A DNA stretch of 64,000 bases from NCBI GenBank assembly GCA_964491605.1, contig CAZBGY010000001.1:23694-87693 (forward strand). Reading direction: 5' to 3'. Position 1 is the stretch's first letter, and each line of letters starts with the position of its first letter. Below, one piece after another: positions 10,205 to 20,094 of the stretch. The translations under genes were made by a program, and so were the position numbers. Below the pieces are notes generated by a model. That model did no database searches and was not told the origin of the DNA. It saw only the letters and a list, made by a program, of their open reading frames with translations. Source of the stretch: an uncultured Candidatus Bathyarchaeia archaeon. Lineage in GTDB: Archaea > Thermoproteota > CALKCG01 > B24 > DRYS01.

Positions 10205-11194
10205 TCACTCTTCTAAACCTGACATTCTACGTATCCTTCTACCGACTACCTCGATCGGGTGATTCTCTATCTCTGATAGTAGCTTCTTAAGGGTAGGCAT
10301 ACCTGACTTATACTCTCTAATCCATTCCTCTGCATACTTCCCGCTCTTCACATACTCGACTGCTCTACGCATATTCTCCTTGACATGCTGATCTATAATC
10401 TTCGGCCCTACAGTTAAACCTCCATGCTTAGCTGTATCCGATACGCTTTTAAGCATTTTCGTGAAGCCTCCCTCGTATATTAGATCGATTATAAGCTTAG
10501 CTTCGTTGCACGCTTCGAAGTAAGCTAACTCTTCTGGGTAGCCTGCTTCGACTAAGACTTCGAATCCACTTTTTATAAGCTCTATGAGGCCTCCTACAAG
10601 GACCGTCTGCTCACCTATAAGATCGCTTTCGGTTTCATCCTTGAACGTAGTTTCTATGACGCCCGCTCTAGTGCATCCTAAAGCTTTAGCCATAGCTAAA
10701 ACCTTATCCCAGGCTTCTCCGGTATAGTCTTGATGCACTGCTACCAGCGCAGGTGTACCAAACCCTTTAACATATAATTCACGAACCTTGGGTCCTGGAG
10801 CTTTAGGCGCAACCATAACTACATCCACGTAATCTGGTGGGATTATCTGTCTGAAGTGTATGTTGAATCCGTGGGCGAATCCTAGGGTCTTCCCAGGTTT
10901 AAGCTCCCCTTCTATATGCTCTCTGTAAACCTCGGGTTGAACCATATCCGGTATCAGTATATGTATAATATCCGCCTTCCTACATGCCTCAGCTATCGGG
11001 TATACTTCGAACCCATCTTCGGAAGCTAGCTTCCAAGATCCACCTCCAGGTCTAACACCCACTACTACTTTTAACCCGCTATCTCTAAAGTTTAGAGCTT
11101 GAGCTCTACCCTGACTCCCATAGCCTATGATAGCTATCAACTGGTCCCTAATGGAATCTAAAGATATATCCTCATCCCTATAGATTCTAAGCAT
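10205..11194 (-). CDS. ilvC: ketol-acid reductoisomerase
   Basis: N-terminal [16 protein letters not shown] (KARI NADPH motif); 329 aa class I KARI. Confidence 0.9.
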   Translation of the reverse strand: MLRIYRDEDISLDSIRDQLIAIIGYGSQGRAQALNFRDSGLKVVVGVRPGGGSWKLASEDGFEVYPIAEACRKADIIHILIPDMVQPEVYREHIEGELKPGKTLGFAHGFNIHFRQIIPPDYVDVVMVAPKAPGPKVRELYVKGFGTPALVAVHQDYTGEAWDKVLAMAKALGCTRAGVIETTFKDETESDLIGEQTVLVGGLIELIKSGFEVLVEAGYPEELAYFEACNEAKLIIDLIYEGGFTKMLKSVSDTAKHGGLTVGPKIIDQHVKENMRRAVEYVKSGKYAEEWIREYKSGMPTLKKLLSEIENHPIEVVGRRIRRMSGLEE

Positions 11195-11205
11195 AACTCA
11201 CCATC

Positions 11206-12138
11206 TCAACTTAGTTTTTTCTCCATGAAAATCTGATATGCTCTCACCAATACCGATTTAGCCGTAGCCACAACCTCCCTTGGATCCTGCCCCGCCTCAG
11301 GCCTCACTTCGAAGCTTATAGCACCATTATAACCTATACCATATAGAACTTCCAGCAGCTTAGCTACATCTTGCTCATCGTTTATGGATCCTGGTCTATA
11401 GAATCCTGGATGCGTATCGTACAGCTTTCCATCTAAGTTTTTAGCGCAGCCTATATGGATATGACCTATGAGATCGCTATACTCCCTCAGCATTTCAGGC
11501 TTCTCATCGAGGAGTGGACCGTGGCTTAGATCCCATAGCAACGCTACATTACTACATCTACCCCTAACTTTTCTTAAGACGTCTGCTGCATCCCTCAAGC
11601 TTCCTATCAATCGTTTCCTATCCCATCTAGTATCAAAGCTCTCCAGTAATATGGTTATGCCATATTTCGACGCATAGGATGCGAGCTCTGCTAAGGTATC
11701 TGCCAGAGCTCCCATAGACTTATCGATTAAATCCTCGCTTGGATAGGGTCCGGAGCATAGAGCTAAATATTTAATACCTCTCTCACCAGCTACCCTCACC
11801 CTATCTTTCAAAACCTCTAAAGCTCTACCCCTCTCGGATTCATCTACAGATGATGGATTCACACCTTTAGCAAGTATATCTGGTTGAACCCCTACGGCAA
11901 AATCCACTCTATGCCTATAATCCTCTAGGATTCTCCAATCATCATCGCTTACATCGTAGAGCTCTACGAGGTCGAAGAATCGATCTTCAAGTATAGGTTT
12001 CAGCTTCTCTGCGACACCCCTATTCGTCTTCTGAAGTTCTGGATAAACCATAAACCCTACTATCCCGATCTTCCACGGGAATCTAGAAATCAACTCTAAA
12101 TCTTTCACGCAGACTGACGTATAGAACATATGTTTCAC
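11206..12138 (-). CDS. sugar phosphate isomerase/epimerase (xylose-isomerase-like TIM barrel) of unknown specificity
   Basis: 310-aa AP_endonuc_2/XylA-like TIM barrel pattern (ILLESFDTRW...LWDLSHG...HIHIGC). It is inserted between ilvN and ilvC on the same strand. Confidence 0.55.
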   Translation of the reverse strand: MKHMFYTSVCVKDLELISRFPWKIGIVGFMVYPELQKTNRGVAEKLKPILEDRFFDLVELYDVSDDDWRILEDYRHRVDFAVGVQPDILAKGVNPSSVDESERGRALEVLKDRVRVAGERGIKYLALCSGPYPSEDLIDKSMGALADTLAELASYASKYGITILLESFDTRWDRKRLIGSLRDAADVLRKVRGRCSNVALLWDLSHGPLLDEKPEMLREYSDLIGHIHIGCAKNLDGKLYDTHPGFYRPGSINDEQDVAKLLEVLYGIGYNGAISFEVRPEAGQDPREVVATAKSVLVRAYQIFMEKKLS

Positions 12139-12205
12139 CCTCCGCTCAACTATATCGCCGCTTAGAAGATAAATAAAAGTATATATGTAGAGCCTTTAGC
12201 AGCCC

Positions 12206-12694
12206 CTAGATCTTCTCCCCTCTAGCTAACGCGGTTATCCCTGTTCTAGCTAGCTCCTTTATCCCATACTGCTTCATAAGCTCTATGAAAGCGTTTATCT
12301 TATTGGGTCCACCAGTAACCTCTACTATCATACTATCCGGGACTACGTCGATAATTCTCCCACGGAATATCTGGGTATAACCTAGTATATCGCTTCTAGC
12401 TCTAGAATCCGCTACATGGACTTTAACTAATAATAGCTCTCTAATCACGCTCTCCGATGGGTTGAGCTTAGATATCTTAACGACTTCCACGATCTTCTGC
12501 AGCTGTTTAGCTACTTGCTCCATCGTCGCTTCATCCCCTTCTACGACCATGGTTATCCTTGCTAAATCAGGATTCTCCGTAGCACCTACAGATATACTCG
12601 AAATGTTGAAGCCTCTACGCCTGATGAGATTCGCTATCTTGAATAGAACCCCAGGCTTATGCTCCACTATTGCGGCTATTATATGCTCGCCCAT
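12206..12694 (-). CDS. ilvN: acetolactate synthase small (regulatory) subunit
   Basis: 162 aa with an ACT domain (HIIAAIVEHKPGVLFKIANL) and an ALS_ss_C domain, immediately downstream of ilvB. Confidence 0.85.
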   Translation of the reverse strand: MGEHIIAAIVEHKPGVLFKIANLIRRRGFNISSISVGATENPDLARITMVVEGDEATMEQVAKQLQKIVEVVKISKLNPSESVIRELLLVKVHVADSRARSDILGYTQIFRGRIIDVVPDSMIVEVTGGPNKINAFIELMKQYGIKELARTGITALARGEKI

Positions 12695-12701
12695 AGCCCT
12701 C

Positions 12702-14393
12702 CTATCTCCTCCACATCATATCCTTCAAAGATCCTCCAGGAGGTATCATCGGTAGCACATCCTCCTCGGGATCTATGAGTACATCTATCACGGTCGTAAC
12801 ATCGTTCTTCAAAGCTTTAGCGAAAGCCTCCTTGAAATCGCTTAAACTCTCTACTCTAACCCCATCCGCACCGTATGCTTCTGCGAGCTTCACGAAATCA
12901 GGTATCCTACCAAGATGTACATGGCTATACCTCCTACGGTAGAATAACCTTTGCCATTGCGCTACCATACCTAGCACACCGTTATTTAACACTACAACTG
13001 TTACAGGTATATCCTCAGTTACCGATGTAGCTAGATCCTGCTCGGTCATAAGGAAGCTTCCATCCCCAGCTAGATCTACGACTGGTAAATCTGGTCTAGC
13101 AATCTTCGCTCCTAACGCCGCTGGGAAGCCGAATCCCATCGTCCCTAAGCCTCCCGACGTTATATACCCACCCGGCATGAGCGCCTTGAAGTGTAGGTAT
13201 GCCCACATCTGATTCTGCCCGACCTCTGTCACCAGTATGGAGTTACGCGGCATAAGATTCCTCATCTCACGTATCACAGCTGGAGCTGTAAGCTTCCCGT
13301 CCTCGTACTCTAAGTATTCCTTAGCCGCTTCTACCAACTCGTTTACACGTTTGATCCATTCAGATCTACGAACATTAGGTTTAGATGCGTAGCTAACTAT
13401 CTCGTCGTATATGGCTTTCAAAGCTCTCTTAGCATCAGCTACGATAGGTATGTGAACCCTGATATTCTTGTTAATCTCGGCTGAATCTATATCTATGTGT
13501 ATTATCTTGGCTTCAGGGCAGAAGCTATCGAATCTACCTGTAGTTCTGTCCGAGAATCTAACACCCACAGCAAGTATCACATCCGATTCGCATATAACCT
13601 TGTTAGCTACCCCCCCATGCATACCAACCCCCCCGATGCAGAGTGGGTGATCCTCAGGTACCGAGCCTTTACCCATAAGAGTCGTACCTATAGGTGCCTG
13701 TAAGAGCTCTGCTAAAGCTATCAGCTCCATATACGCTCCAGATAGCTTTACGCCTCCACCAGCTAAGATGAATGGCCTCTCAGCTTCTATGAGGAGTTTA
13801 ACCGCTCTCTTAACCTGCAACGGATGAGGATCCAGCTTAGGATTATATCCTAAAAGCTTCACGCTCTCAGGGAACTCCATATCGGCTTCCATCTGCTGAA
13901 CATCTCTAGGTAAATCTATAAGAACCGGTCCAGGTCTACCAGTGGACGCTATGTAGAAAGCCTCCTTAACGATCCTAGGTATATCCCCTGCGCTTCTAGG
14001 CTGGAAGCAATGCTTCGTTATAGGTGTCATTATACCTACTATATCTGCTTCTTGGAATGCATCTCTACCTATCATACTCGTAGGAACCTGTCCTGTAATA
14101 GCTAACACGGGTGAGGAATCCATGTACGCGGTAGCTATACCTGTCGTCAGGTTAGTCGCACCTGGACCTGATGTAGCCATACAGACTCCAACCCTACCGC
14201 TAGCTCTAGCATATCCATCAGCCATATGGGCGGCGCACTGCTCATGCCTAACTAGGATATGTCTTAGATCCGCTTCATCGTATAGTGCATCGTAGACTGG
14301 TAGTATAGCTCCTCCAGGTAGACCGAATATCACCTTCACCCCCTCTCTCTTAAAAGATTCTATCAGAGCTTTAGCGCCTGTCATCCTAGCCAT
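12702..14393 (-). CDS. ilvB: acetolactate synthase large subunit (TPP-dependent)
   Basis: 563 aa; TPP-binding GDGSF...NN motif; N-terminal MTGA..L.....GV..IFG.PGG pattern. Confidence 0.9.
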   Translation of the reverse strand: MARMTGAKALIESFKREGVKVIFGLPGGAILPVYDALYDEADLRHILVRHEQCAAHMADGYARASGRVGVCMATSGPGATNLTTGIATAYMDSSPVLAITGQVPTSMIGRDAFQEADIVGIMTPITKHCFQPRSAGDIPRIVKEAFYIASTGRPGPVLIDLPRDVQQMEADMEFPESVKLLGYNPKLDPHPLQVKRAVKLLIEAERPFILAGGGVKLSGAYMELIALAELLQAPIGTTLMGKGSVPEDHPLCIGGVGMHGGVANKVICESDVILAVGVRFSDRTTGRFDSFCPEAKIIHIDIDSAEINKNIRVHIPIVADAKRALKAIYDEIVSYASKPNVRRSEWIKRVNELVEAAKEYLEYEDGKLTAPAVIREMRNLMPRNSILVTEVGQNQMWAYLHFKALMPGGYITSGGLGTMGFGFPAALGAKIARPDLPVVDLAGDGSFLMTEQDLATSVTEDIPVTVVVLNNGVLGMVAQWQRLFYRRRYSHVHLGRIPDFVKLAEAYGADGVRVESLSDFKEAFAKALKNDVTTVIDVLIDPEEDVLPMIPPGGSLKDMMWRR

Positions 14394-15894
14394 TACCTAC
14401 ACCTCCCAGTAGAAGGTTAGCTCCCTCTAATAACGCCTCTATACTCGCGATAACTATATCCTCACGAGCGCTGTAGGACGTAACGGTTCTATCACCCTTA
14501 CTAAGTACGACCGATACCTCTACTATAGCATCGGTTCCACCGCTGATCGCTTCAACTTCATACCTATCCAGTTTTATAGGTTCGAGTAAGTTTAGAGCAG
14601 CTTTAGCAGCGTTCATAGCTGCATCCACAGGACCTACGCCTATCGCAGCGGCTTGAACAACCCTATCCTTAAACCTAAGCTTAATAGAAGCTGTAGGCGT
14701 GATCTTATCGCCTGTAACGACTACTAGCTCTTCGAGTGTTACGAATCTAGCCTTAGGTATACCCATAACGTTTTCAGCTATAACCCTTAGATCAGTATCT
14801 GTAACCTTCCTACCTTTATCACCCATAGTTTTAACCCGCTGGAATATTTCTTCAAGCTGCTCCTTAGTCGGGTTTAACCCCATATCCTTCAATATAGCTT
14901 CTATCCCATGTCTACCTGCATGCTTACCGGCTACAAGCCTCCTACGCCTACCTACAATCTCTGGGGGTATAGGCTCATAGGTTAACGGATTCTTAAGTAT
15001 GCCATGCGTATGTATACCTGATTCATGTGTGAAGGCGTTATCCCCTACTATAGCTTTATTCGGAGGTATCGATACACCGGTAATCCTTGATACAAGCTGG
15101 GATACCTCGTATATCTTAGCTAGATTCAGCTTTACCTCGTATCCGTATAGTATTTTTAGTGTTACTGCTATTTCTTCTAGTGCTGCGTTTCCAGCTCTCT
15201 CACCTAGACCGTTCACCGTTGCATGAACCTGCCTAGCACCAGCCTCCACAGCTGCGATACTATTAGCGACGGCTAAACCGAAATCATCATGACAATGAAC
15301 GCTTACGATCTTCTCAGGGAATCTCCCAGCGATATTTGAGAATAGCTTATACGCTTTACTAGGTGTCAATACGCCGACAGTATCGCAGATACATAGCCTA
15401 TCCGCTCCGTTATTAACACCCTTCCTGAAGAATTCCTCTAGGAATGCTTCATCACTCCTACTAGCATCTTCAGCCGAAAGCTCGACTATCAAACCGTAGC
15501 TTTTAGCATACCTTACACACTTCTCCACTATAGATAAGACATCTTCCCTACTTTTACCAAGCTTATACCTGATATGTAGATCCGATGAAGGTATTACTAG
15601 ATGGATGCTCTTACACCCAGCTTTAGCTACAGAATCTATATCTGCGATTACACCCCTACCCATACCGCATACTTCTGCTTTCAATCCTTGATCAGCTATC
15701 ATCTTAGCTGCTGAAAATTCGCCTTCAGATGCAGCTGGGAATCCTACTTCTATGACATCTACGTTAAGCTCATCCAACGCTAACGCTATCTTAAGTTTCT
15801 CCTCTGGTTTCAAAGAGACGCCAGGGGTTTGCTCACCATCCCTAAGCGTAGTATCTAGAAACCTTAAAGGCTCGTTAGAAGTCTTCGATAAAAT
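14386..15894 (-). CDS. leuA: 2-isopropylmalate synthase / (R)-citramalate synthase family (LeuA/CimA); 5' end anomalous
   Basis: HMGL-like TIM barrel plus a LeuA-dimer regulatory domain. The essential LRFLDTTLRDGEQTPGV motif lies upstream of the first in-frame ATG/GTG/TTG (the track starts at TTG 15813). No canonical start exists between the motif and the in-frame TGA at 15940-15942. The end coordinate given is the in-frame ATT codon; see the finding below. Confidence 0.75.
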   Translation of the reverse strand: MLSKTSNEPLRFLDTTLRDGEQTPGVSLKPEEKLKIALALDELNVDVIEVGFPAASEGEFSAAKMIADQGLKAEVCGMGRGVIADIDSVAKAGCKSIHLVIPSSDLHIRYKLGKSREDVLSIVEKCVRYAKSYGLIVELSAEDASRSDEAFLEEFFRKGVNNGADRLCICDTVGVLTPSKAYKLFSNIAGRFPEKIVSVHCHDDFGLAVANSIAAVEAGARQVHATVNGLGERAGNAALEEIAVTLKILYGYEVKLNLAKIYEVSQLVSRITGVSIPPNKAIVGDNAFTHESGIHTHGILKNPLTYEPIPPEIVGRRRRLVAGKHAGRHGIEAILKDMGLNPTKEQLEEIFQRVKTMGDKGRKVTDTDLRVIAENVMGIPKARFVTLEELVVVTGDKITPTASIKLRFKDRVVQAAAIGVGPVDAAMNAAKAALNLLEPIKLDRYEVEAISGGTDAIVEVSVVLSKGDRTVTSYSAREDIVIASIEALLEGANLLLGGVGNG

Positions 15895-16113
15895 AACACC
15901 CCACGATAAATGATCCCCCCAACGAGGAAGAAGATAACATCATAACGCTAGATAAAAATGTTTTGGTTTAGGTCTAGATGTGATGTATAAATCTCATCGT
16001 ATCTGCTGTCCATGTTCATCCGTCTCTACAACCATATTCTTCTAACTAGCCAGTCGACGTTAGGCATAATAATGCTTAAATCCTGACTGCAGCTTGAAAA
16101 TTGGCTTTTAGGT

Positions 16114-16452
16114 GTGGATAATATGGGTGTAGTATCTATAGAGGATTTTAATAAACTGGATATAAGGGTTGGATACGTTATCGACGCCGAGAGAATCCCC
16201 GGTAGGAGTAGGATAATTAAACTTAAGGTGGATATCGGCGGAGGAGAGATTCGTACGATCGTAGCTGGTGGAGGGGAATACTACAACCCTGAATGGTTTA
16301 AAGGTAAGCTTCTAATAATACTCGTAAACTTGGAGCCTAAGAAGATTGCTGGTGTCGAATCTAGAGGTATGGCTCTAGCCGCGATGATCGATAATAAACC
16401 TATATGGCTTACAACCTTCGAGCCTGTTCCACCGGGATCGAAGATACTATAG
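16114..16452 (+). CDS. tRNA-binding domain protein (Trbp111/CsaA/EMAP-like OB fold)
   Basis: 112 aa with the DLRVGKV-like motif (LDIRVGYVIDAE) and glycine-rich IVAGGGE, typical of MetRS C-terminal / Trbp111 domains. Confidence 0.7.
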   Translation: MDNMGVVSIEDFNKLDIRVGYVIDAERIPGRSRIIKLKVDIGGGEIRTIVAGGGEYYNPEWFKGKLLIILVNLEPKKIAGVESRGMALAAMIDNKPIWLTTFEPVPPGSKIL

Positions 16453-16893
16453 ATATCCCTTCAACCATTTATCCCTTAAAGCCTTCCATCCAGTCTTTGC
16501 GTATCTAACACGTGTAAATGGATCCTCTAATACCCATTCGATAAGCTTATGGAACCTCGTAGATCCTGAGGTTAATGTAAGCTTAGACAGATCTACTCCA
16601 TACCTCTCTAACGTTTTAAGGTATGCTTCTTCAGCTATAATCTGCGTTTCGCCTGTTATCTTCGAAGATTCAACCCTATATCCATCTTCTCTAAGTCTAG
16701 CTCTAACCTTAGATAGCACGTAGCCTCTACAAACTCTTATCAACTCATGCTTCGAAGCTCTTAATACGTTCAACCCGGCTGCGGCTATCCTATAAGCTTC
16801 ATCCAAATAGCTTCTACGCTTAAATTCATCTTCCTGAAACAGTCGTAACGGGATTTCACCTATATACTTCTCCCCTGTTTCAATCCTCCTCAA
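16447..16893 (-). CDS. hypothetical protein
   Basis: 148-aa ORF convergent with the tRNA-binding protein gene; no recognisable motif. Confidence 0.35.
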   Translation of the reverse strand: MRRIETGEKYIGEIPLRLFQEDEFKRRSYLDEAYRIAAAGLNVLRASKHELIRVCRGYVLSKVRARLREDGYRVESSKITGETQIIAEEAYLKTLERYGVDLSKLTLTSGSTRFHKLIEWVLEDPFTRVRYAKTGWKALRDKWLKGYL

Positions 16894-17241
16894 AACTATA
16901 ACGCATCCCCCTACGGGATCACCCCATCCAGCATCATCTATCTCTATCGTCAGCTTACCCTCGCCTCCTTAAACTTGGTATATAATAGTATGCTATGGTG
17001 CATACGCGATACCAACCTATACTCAAGATTGATCGCTATAAAAGACGGCTATACCTCTATATCTATCTTAACCGTCGGATAGTCGGATGATGATGTACAC
17101 GATTTAGGAGAATAATATAATTCCGTATATCACTATCCATAGGTTGCTTAACCTAGCTAGGAAGACTACGGTCGATGTATTTCAGGAAAGCTTAATCTAT
17201 ATAGTCGATGCGATTTTACCTTTAAGAGGTGTGTTCGCGGT

Positions 17242-18483
17242 TTGAGCTTAGATGATATAGTCGGTGGGATGCCTCTAGTAGATGTGCATACTCATATAGA
17301 CTTCAGGAATCCTACAGCTTCAGATCCATCTCAGATATTGCTCTACCACTATATAGCTACCGAGCTTAGATCTGTAGGGATACCCGTCGAGGATATTCGA
17401 GCTAGGAGTAGGGATCCGGTAGGGGATCTCATCGGATACTTCAAGCTTATAAGAAATACGGCTACATACTGGTGTCTCAAACGTATATTATCCGATCTAT
17501 ATGGTTTCGATTCAGATCTTGAACCAAGCGGCTGGGCTGAGCTTAGAGAGGATATGGTTTCAAGATCCTCCGATCCGACCTGGGCTCGTAAGGTTTGGGA
17601 GAAATCGAGGGTGGATAGGATATTTCTAACGATAAACCCGTTAGTAGAGGTTAAACCTGAATTCGATAGAAGGATGTATGTAGCTTCGCTTAGACTTGAC
17701 CCGCTCGTAGGAGGCTTATCTAAGGAATCCATAGATCAGCTCGAGAAGATATCTGGAAGCTCAGCGTCGGATTTAGAGAGGTTTAAAGAGCTTCTCGCAG
17801 ATAGGTTTAAAGCGTTCGATGGGATGGCTGTAACAGCCGCTATATCCTTCCAAAGCTTCGAAACCTATAGGCTAGCACATGAGGCTCTGGCAGATGAAGC
17901 TTACGCTAAGCTTTACTCAGATAGACCTCTATCAGGTGTGGAGAGGGTTCATCTAAGATCTGCGGCTCTATCAGCCGTACTAGATTTATGCCGTGAATAC
18001 AGGCTTCCGATACAGATAATGATCGGGGTTGTGAGGGATCTACCTGGAGCTTCACCTCCGGATCTAGCTGTATGCTTCAGACAGAAAGGTCTGCTATCGC
18101 TATGTAGATTCTTCCATCATTATAGGGATGTAGATTTCCACCTCATCTCAGCGTATAGGTTTCAATCCCATGAGCTTACGGTTATAGCTAAAAACTATCC
18201 GAACGTCTATCTCACAGGGTATTGGTGGTACTGCTTCTTCCCTGAAAGCATAATGCAACATCTACTAGAGCGTTTACAGCTTATACCTATGGGTAAGATA
18301 TGTGGGTTCTTCAGCGATGCGTACGTACTGGAATGGATCTATGGAAAAGCAGCTCTTACACGGAAGATGATAGCTGAAGTCTTAAACTATATGGTCGATA
18401 AAGGCTTCTATACAAAGGATCTAGCCGAGGAGATAGCAGTATCCCTGCTTGCAGGGAACGCTAAGCGTCTATTTAAACTATAG
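17242..18483 (+). CDS. amidohydrolase-superfamily protein, glucuronate isomerase (UxaC)-like
   Basis: N-terminal metal-ligand VDVHTH, then LYHYIATELR resembling the UxaC YHWTHLELRR region; 413 aa. Specificity uncertain. Confidence 0.4.
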   Translation: MSLDDIVGGMPLVDVHTHIDFRNPTASDPSQILLYHYIATELRSVGIPVEDIRARSRDPVGDLIGYFKLIRNTATYWCLKRILSDLYGFDSDLEPSGWAELREDMVSRSSDPTWARKVWEKSRVDRIFLTINPLVEVKPEFDRRMYVASLRLDPLVGGLSKESIDQLEKISGSSASDLERFKELLADRFKAFDGMAVTAAISFQSFETYRLAHEALADEAYAKLYSDRPLSGVERVHLRSAALSAVLDLCREYRLPIQIMIGVVRDLPGASPPDLAVCFRQKGLLSLCRFFHHYRDVDFHLISAYRFQSHELTVIAKNYPNVYLTGYWWYCFFPESIMQHLLERLQLIPMGKICGFFSDAYVLEWIYGKAALTRKMIAEVLNYMVDKGFYTKDLAEEIAVSLLAGNAKRLFKL

Positions 18484-18496
18484 ATGAGGTCGTCGC

Positions 18497-19123
18497 CTAG
18501 ATTTCTATAGACTCACCTATGGATAGCACTTTAACCCTGTAACCTCTAGCCTCAGCTTTTCTTCTAAACGATTCTGGATCCGCTTTTATCTCTGGGAATG
18601 TATTGAAGTGCATAGGTATCGTAAGCTTAGGTTTAATCCTATCTAGAGCTTCGACGGCTTCATCAACATTCATAGTGTACGTTCCACCTATAGGTATCAA
18701 AGCTAAATCCACCTCTACGCTTAACGGTTTTACAGCATCTAGATACGTATCACCGAGGTGGAGCAGCCTCACGCTACCATACTCTACTAGGTACGCTATA
18801 GGATATCTACTCTGAGGATGGCTAGCATTCAAAGCAGTAACTTTCACACCGTTTAGATCCATAACCTCACCGGATCGAATAACCCTAACACCAGGATAGC
18901 TAACCGATGGAGGCCCGACTATAATCTTAGGCTTAACCTTAGAGAGGAAATCCGTATCTGCATGATCGAAATGCTCATGTGTGAGAAGTACTATATCTGG
19001 TCTACCTTCATACTTAGGTGCAAGCCTATTACCTTTGAAGTATGGATCTATTAGTACGGTCTTTCCGTTAGAAATCTCGAAGCATGCATGACTAAGCCAC
19101 CTAACACGCATAACCCTTAACAC
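18497..19123 (-). CDS. metallo-beta-lactamase-fold metal-dependent hydrolase (UPF0173-like)
   Basis: 208 aa with the HxHxDH motif (LTHEHFDHAD) and a downstream His ligand. Confidence 0.75.
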   Translation of the reverse strand: MLRVMRVRWLSHACFEISNGKTVLIDPYFKGNRLAPKYEGRPDIVLLTHEHFDHADTDFLSKVKPKIIVGPPSVSYPGVRVIRSGEVMDLNGVKVTALNASHPQSRYPIAYLVEYGSVRLLHLGDTYLDAVKPLSVEVDLALIPIGGTYTMNVDEAVEALDRIKPKLTIPMHFNTFPEIKADPESFRRKAEARGYRVKVLSIGESIEI

Positions 19124-19192
19124 CCTAGATATAGCTGCTACAATCTACGTTAAATATTTATCTTGATCTCTCGAGTAGTAGATCCTAGGAGA

Positions 19193-19267
19193 GGGGCCGT
19201 AGTCCAGCTAGGTCAGGATACGCGGCTTGGGCCCGCGTGGTCGCCGGTTCAAATCCGGCCGGCCCCA
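19193..19267 (+). tRNA. tRNA-Pro (anticodon TGG)
   Basis: Cloverleaf readable by eye: acceptor GGGGCCG/CGGCCCC; anticodon stem CGCGG/CCGCG; loop CTTGGGC; T-arm GCCGG-TTCAAAT-CCGGC; discriminator A. CCA is not encoded. Confidence 0.85.
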
Positions 19268-19347
19268 TATATCGATCGTATCCCCCTGTTAGCTACCGGT
19301 ATATCATCGAGATATCGTAATCTTAGTTTATATAGTACCGATTACCC

Positions 19348-20094
19348 ATGTTTTACTATGGATTGAAAGCTATAGAAGTATCAGATTTAGTGAAGATTTA
19401 CGATGATGGTACGGTAGCTTTAGATGGTTTAACGTTCACGGTTGAACCTGGTGAGATCTACGGTTTAATAGGTCCTAATGGAGCTGGTAAGACTACCACC
19501 CTAAGGATAATAGCTACTCTGCTTAAGCCTACCTCCGGTCTTGTTAAAGTTTTAGGATTTGATGTAGTAGACCAAGCCGAGGAGGTTAGACGTATCATAA
19601 GCTATCTACCGGAGGAAGCTGGCGTGTACGGTAACCTTACAGGCTACGAGTATCTAAGCTTCGTAGCAAGCTTATACGCTAGAAACGAGGATGAAGCTAA
19701 GGCTATGATCGATGAAGCTCTCGAGGTATCCGGTTTAGGCTCTAGGATTAGGGATAGGGTTAAAAGCTATAGTAAGGGTATGCTTCGTAGACTTCAAGTT
19801 GCTAGGACCCTGATGGTTAAACCTAAGCTGGCTATCCTCGATGAACCTACAAGCGGTTTAGATGTGTATCATGCACACTATGTAAGGAGATGTATACGGA
19901 GGTATGTCGATGAATACGGGTTAACCGTACTTATCTCAAGTCACAATATGCTTGAGATAGAATATCTATGCGATCGCGTACTACTCATACATAAGGGTAG
20001 AGGTGTGGATGAAGATTCACCTAGATCGTTGAAGGATAGATATGCGTCCAGCAATATGGAGGAGGTCTTCCTTAAAGCGGTTGGGTTGATATGA
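19348..20094 (+). CDS. ABC transporter ATP-binding protein
   Basis: Walker A GPNGAGKTT, signature YSKGMLRRL, Walker B LAILDEPTSGLD. Confidence 0.85.
   Translation: MFYYGLKAIEVSDLVKIYDDGTVALDGLTFTVEPGEIYGLIGPNGAGKTTTLRIIATLLKPTSGLVKVLGFDVVDQAEEVRRIISYLPEEAGVYGNLTGYEYLSFVASLYARNEDEAKAMIDEALEVSGLGSRIRDRVKSYSKGMLRRLQVARTLMVKPKLAILDEPTSGLDVYHAHYVRRCIRRYVDEYGLTVLISSHNMLEIEYLCDRVLLIHKGRGVDEDSPRSLKDRYASSNMEEVFLKAVGLI

Noticed and set aside
17080-17110. GGATGATGATG motif upstream of the UxaC-like gene as a C-box of a C/D sRNA
   Set aside because: No CTGA D-box within the expected distance downstream.
19163-19366. 67-aa ORF on the + strand
   Set aside because: It overlaps the tRNA-Pro gene, which is readable as a full cloverleaf, and has no coding signature, so it is spurious.
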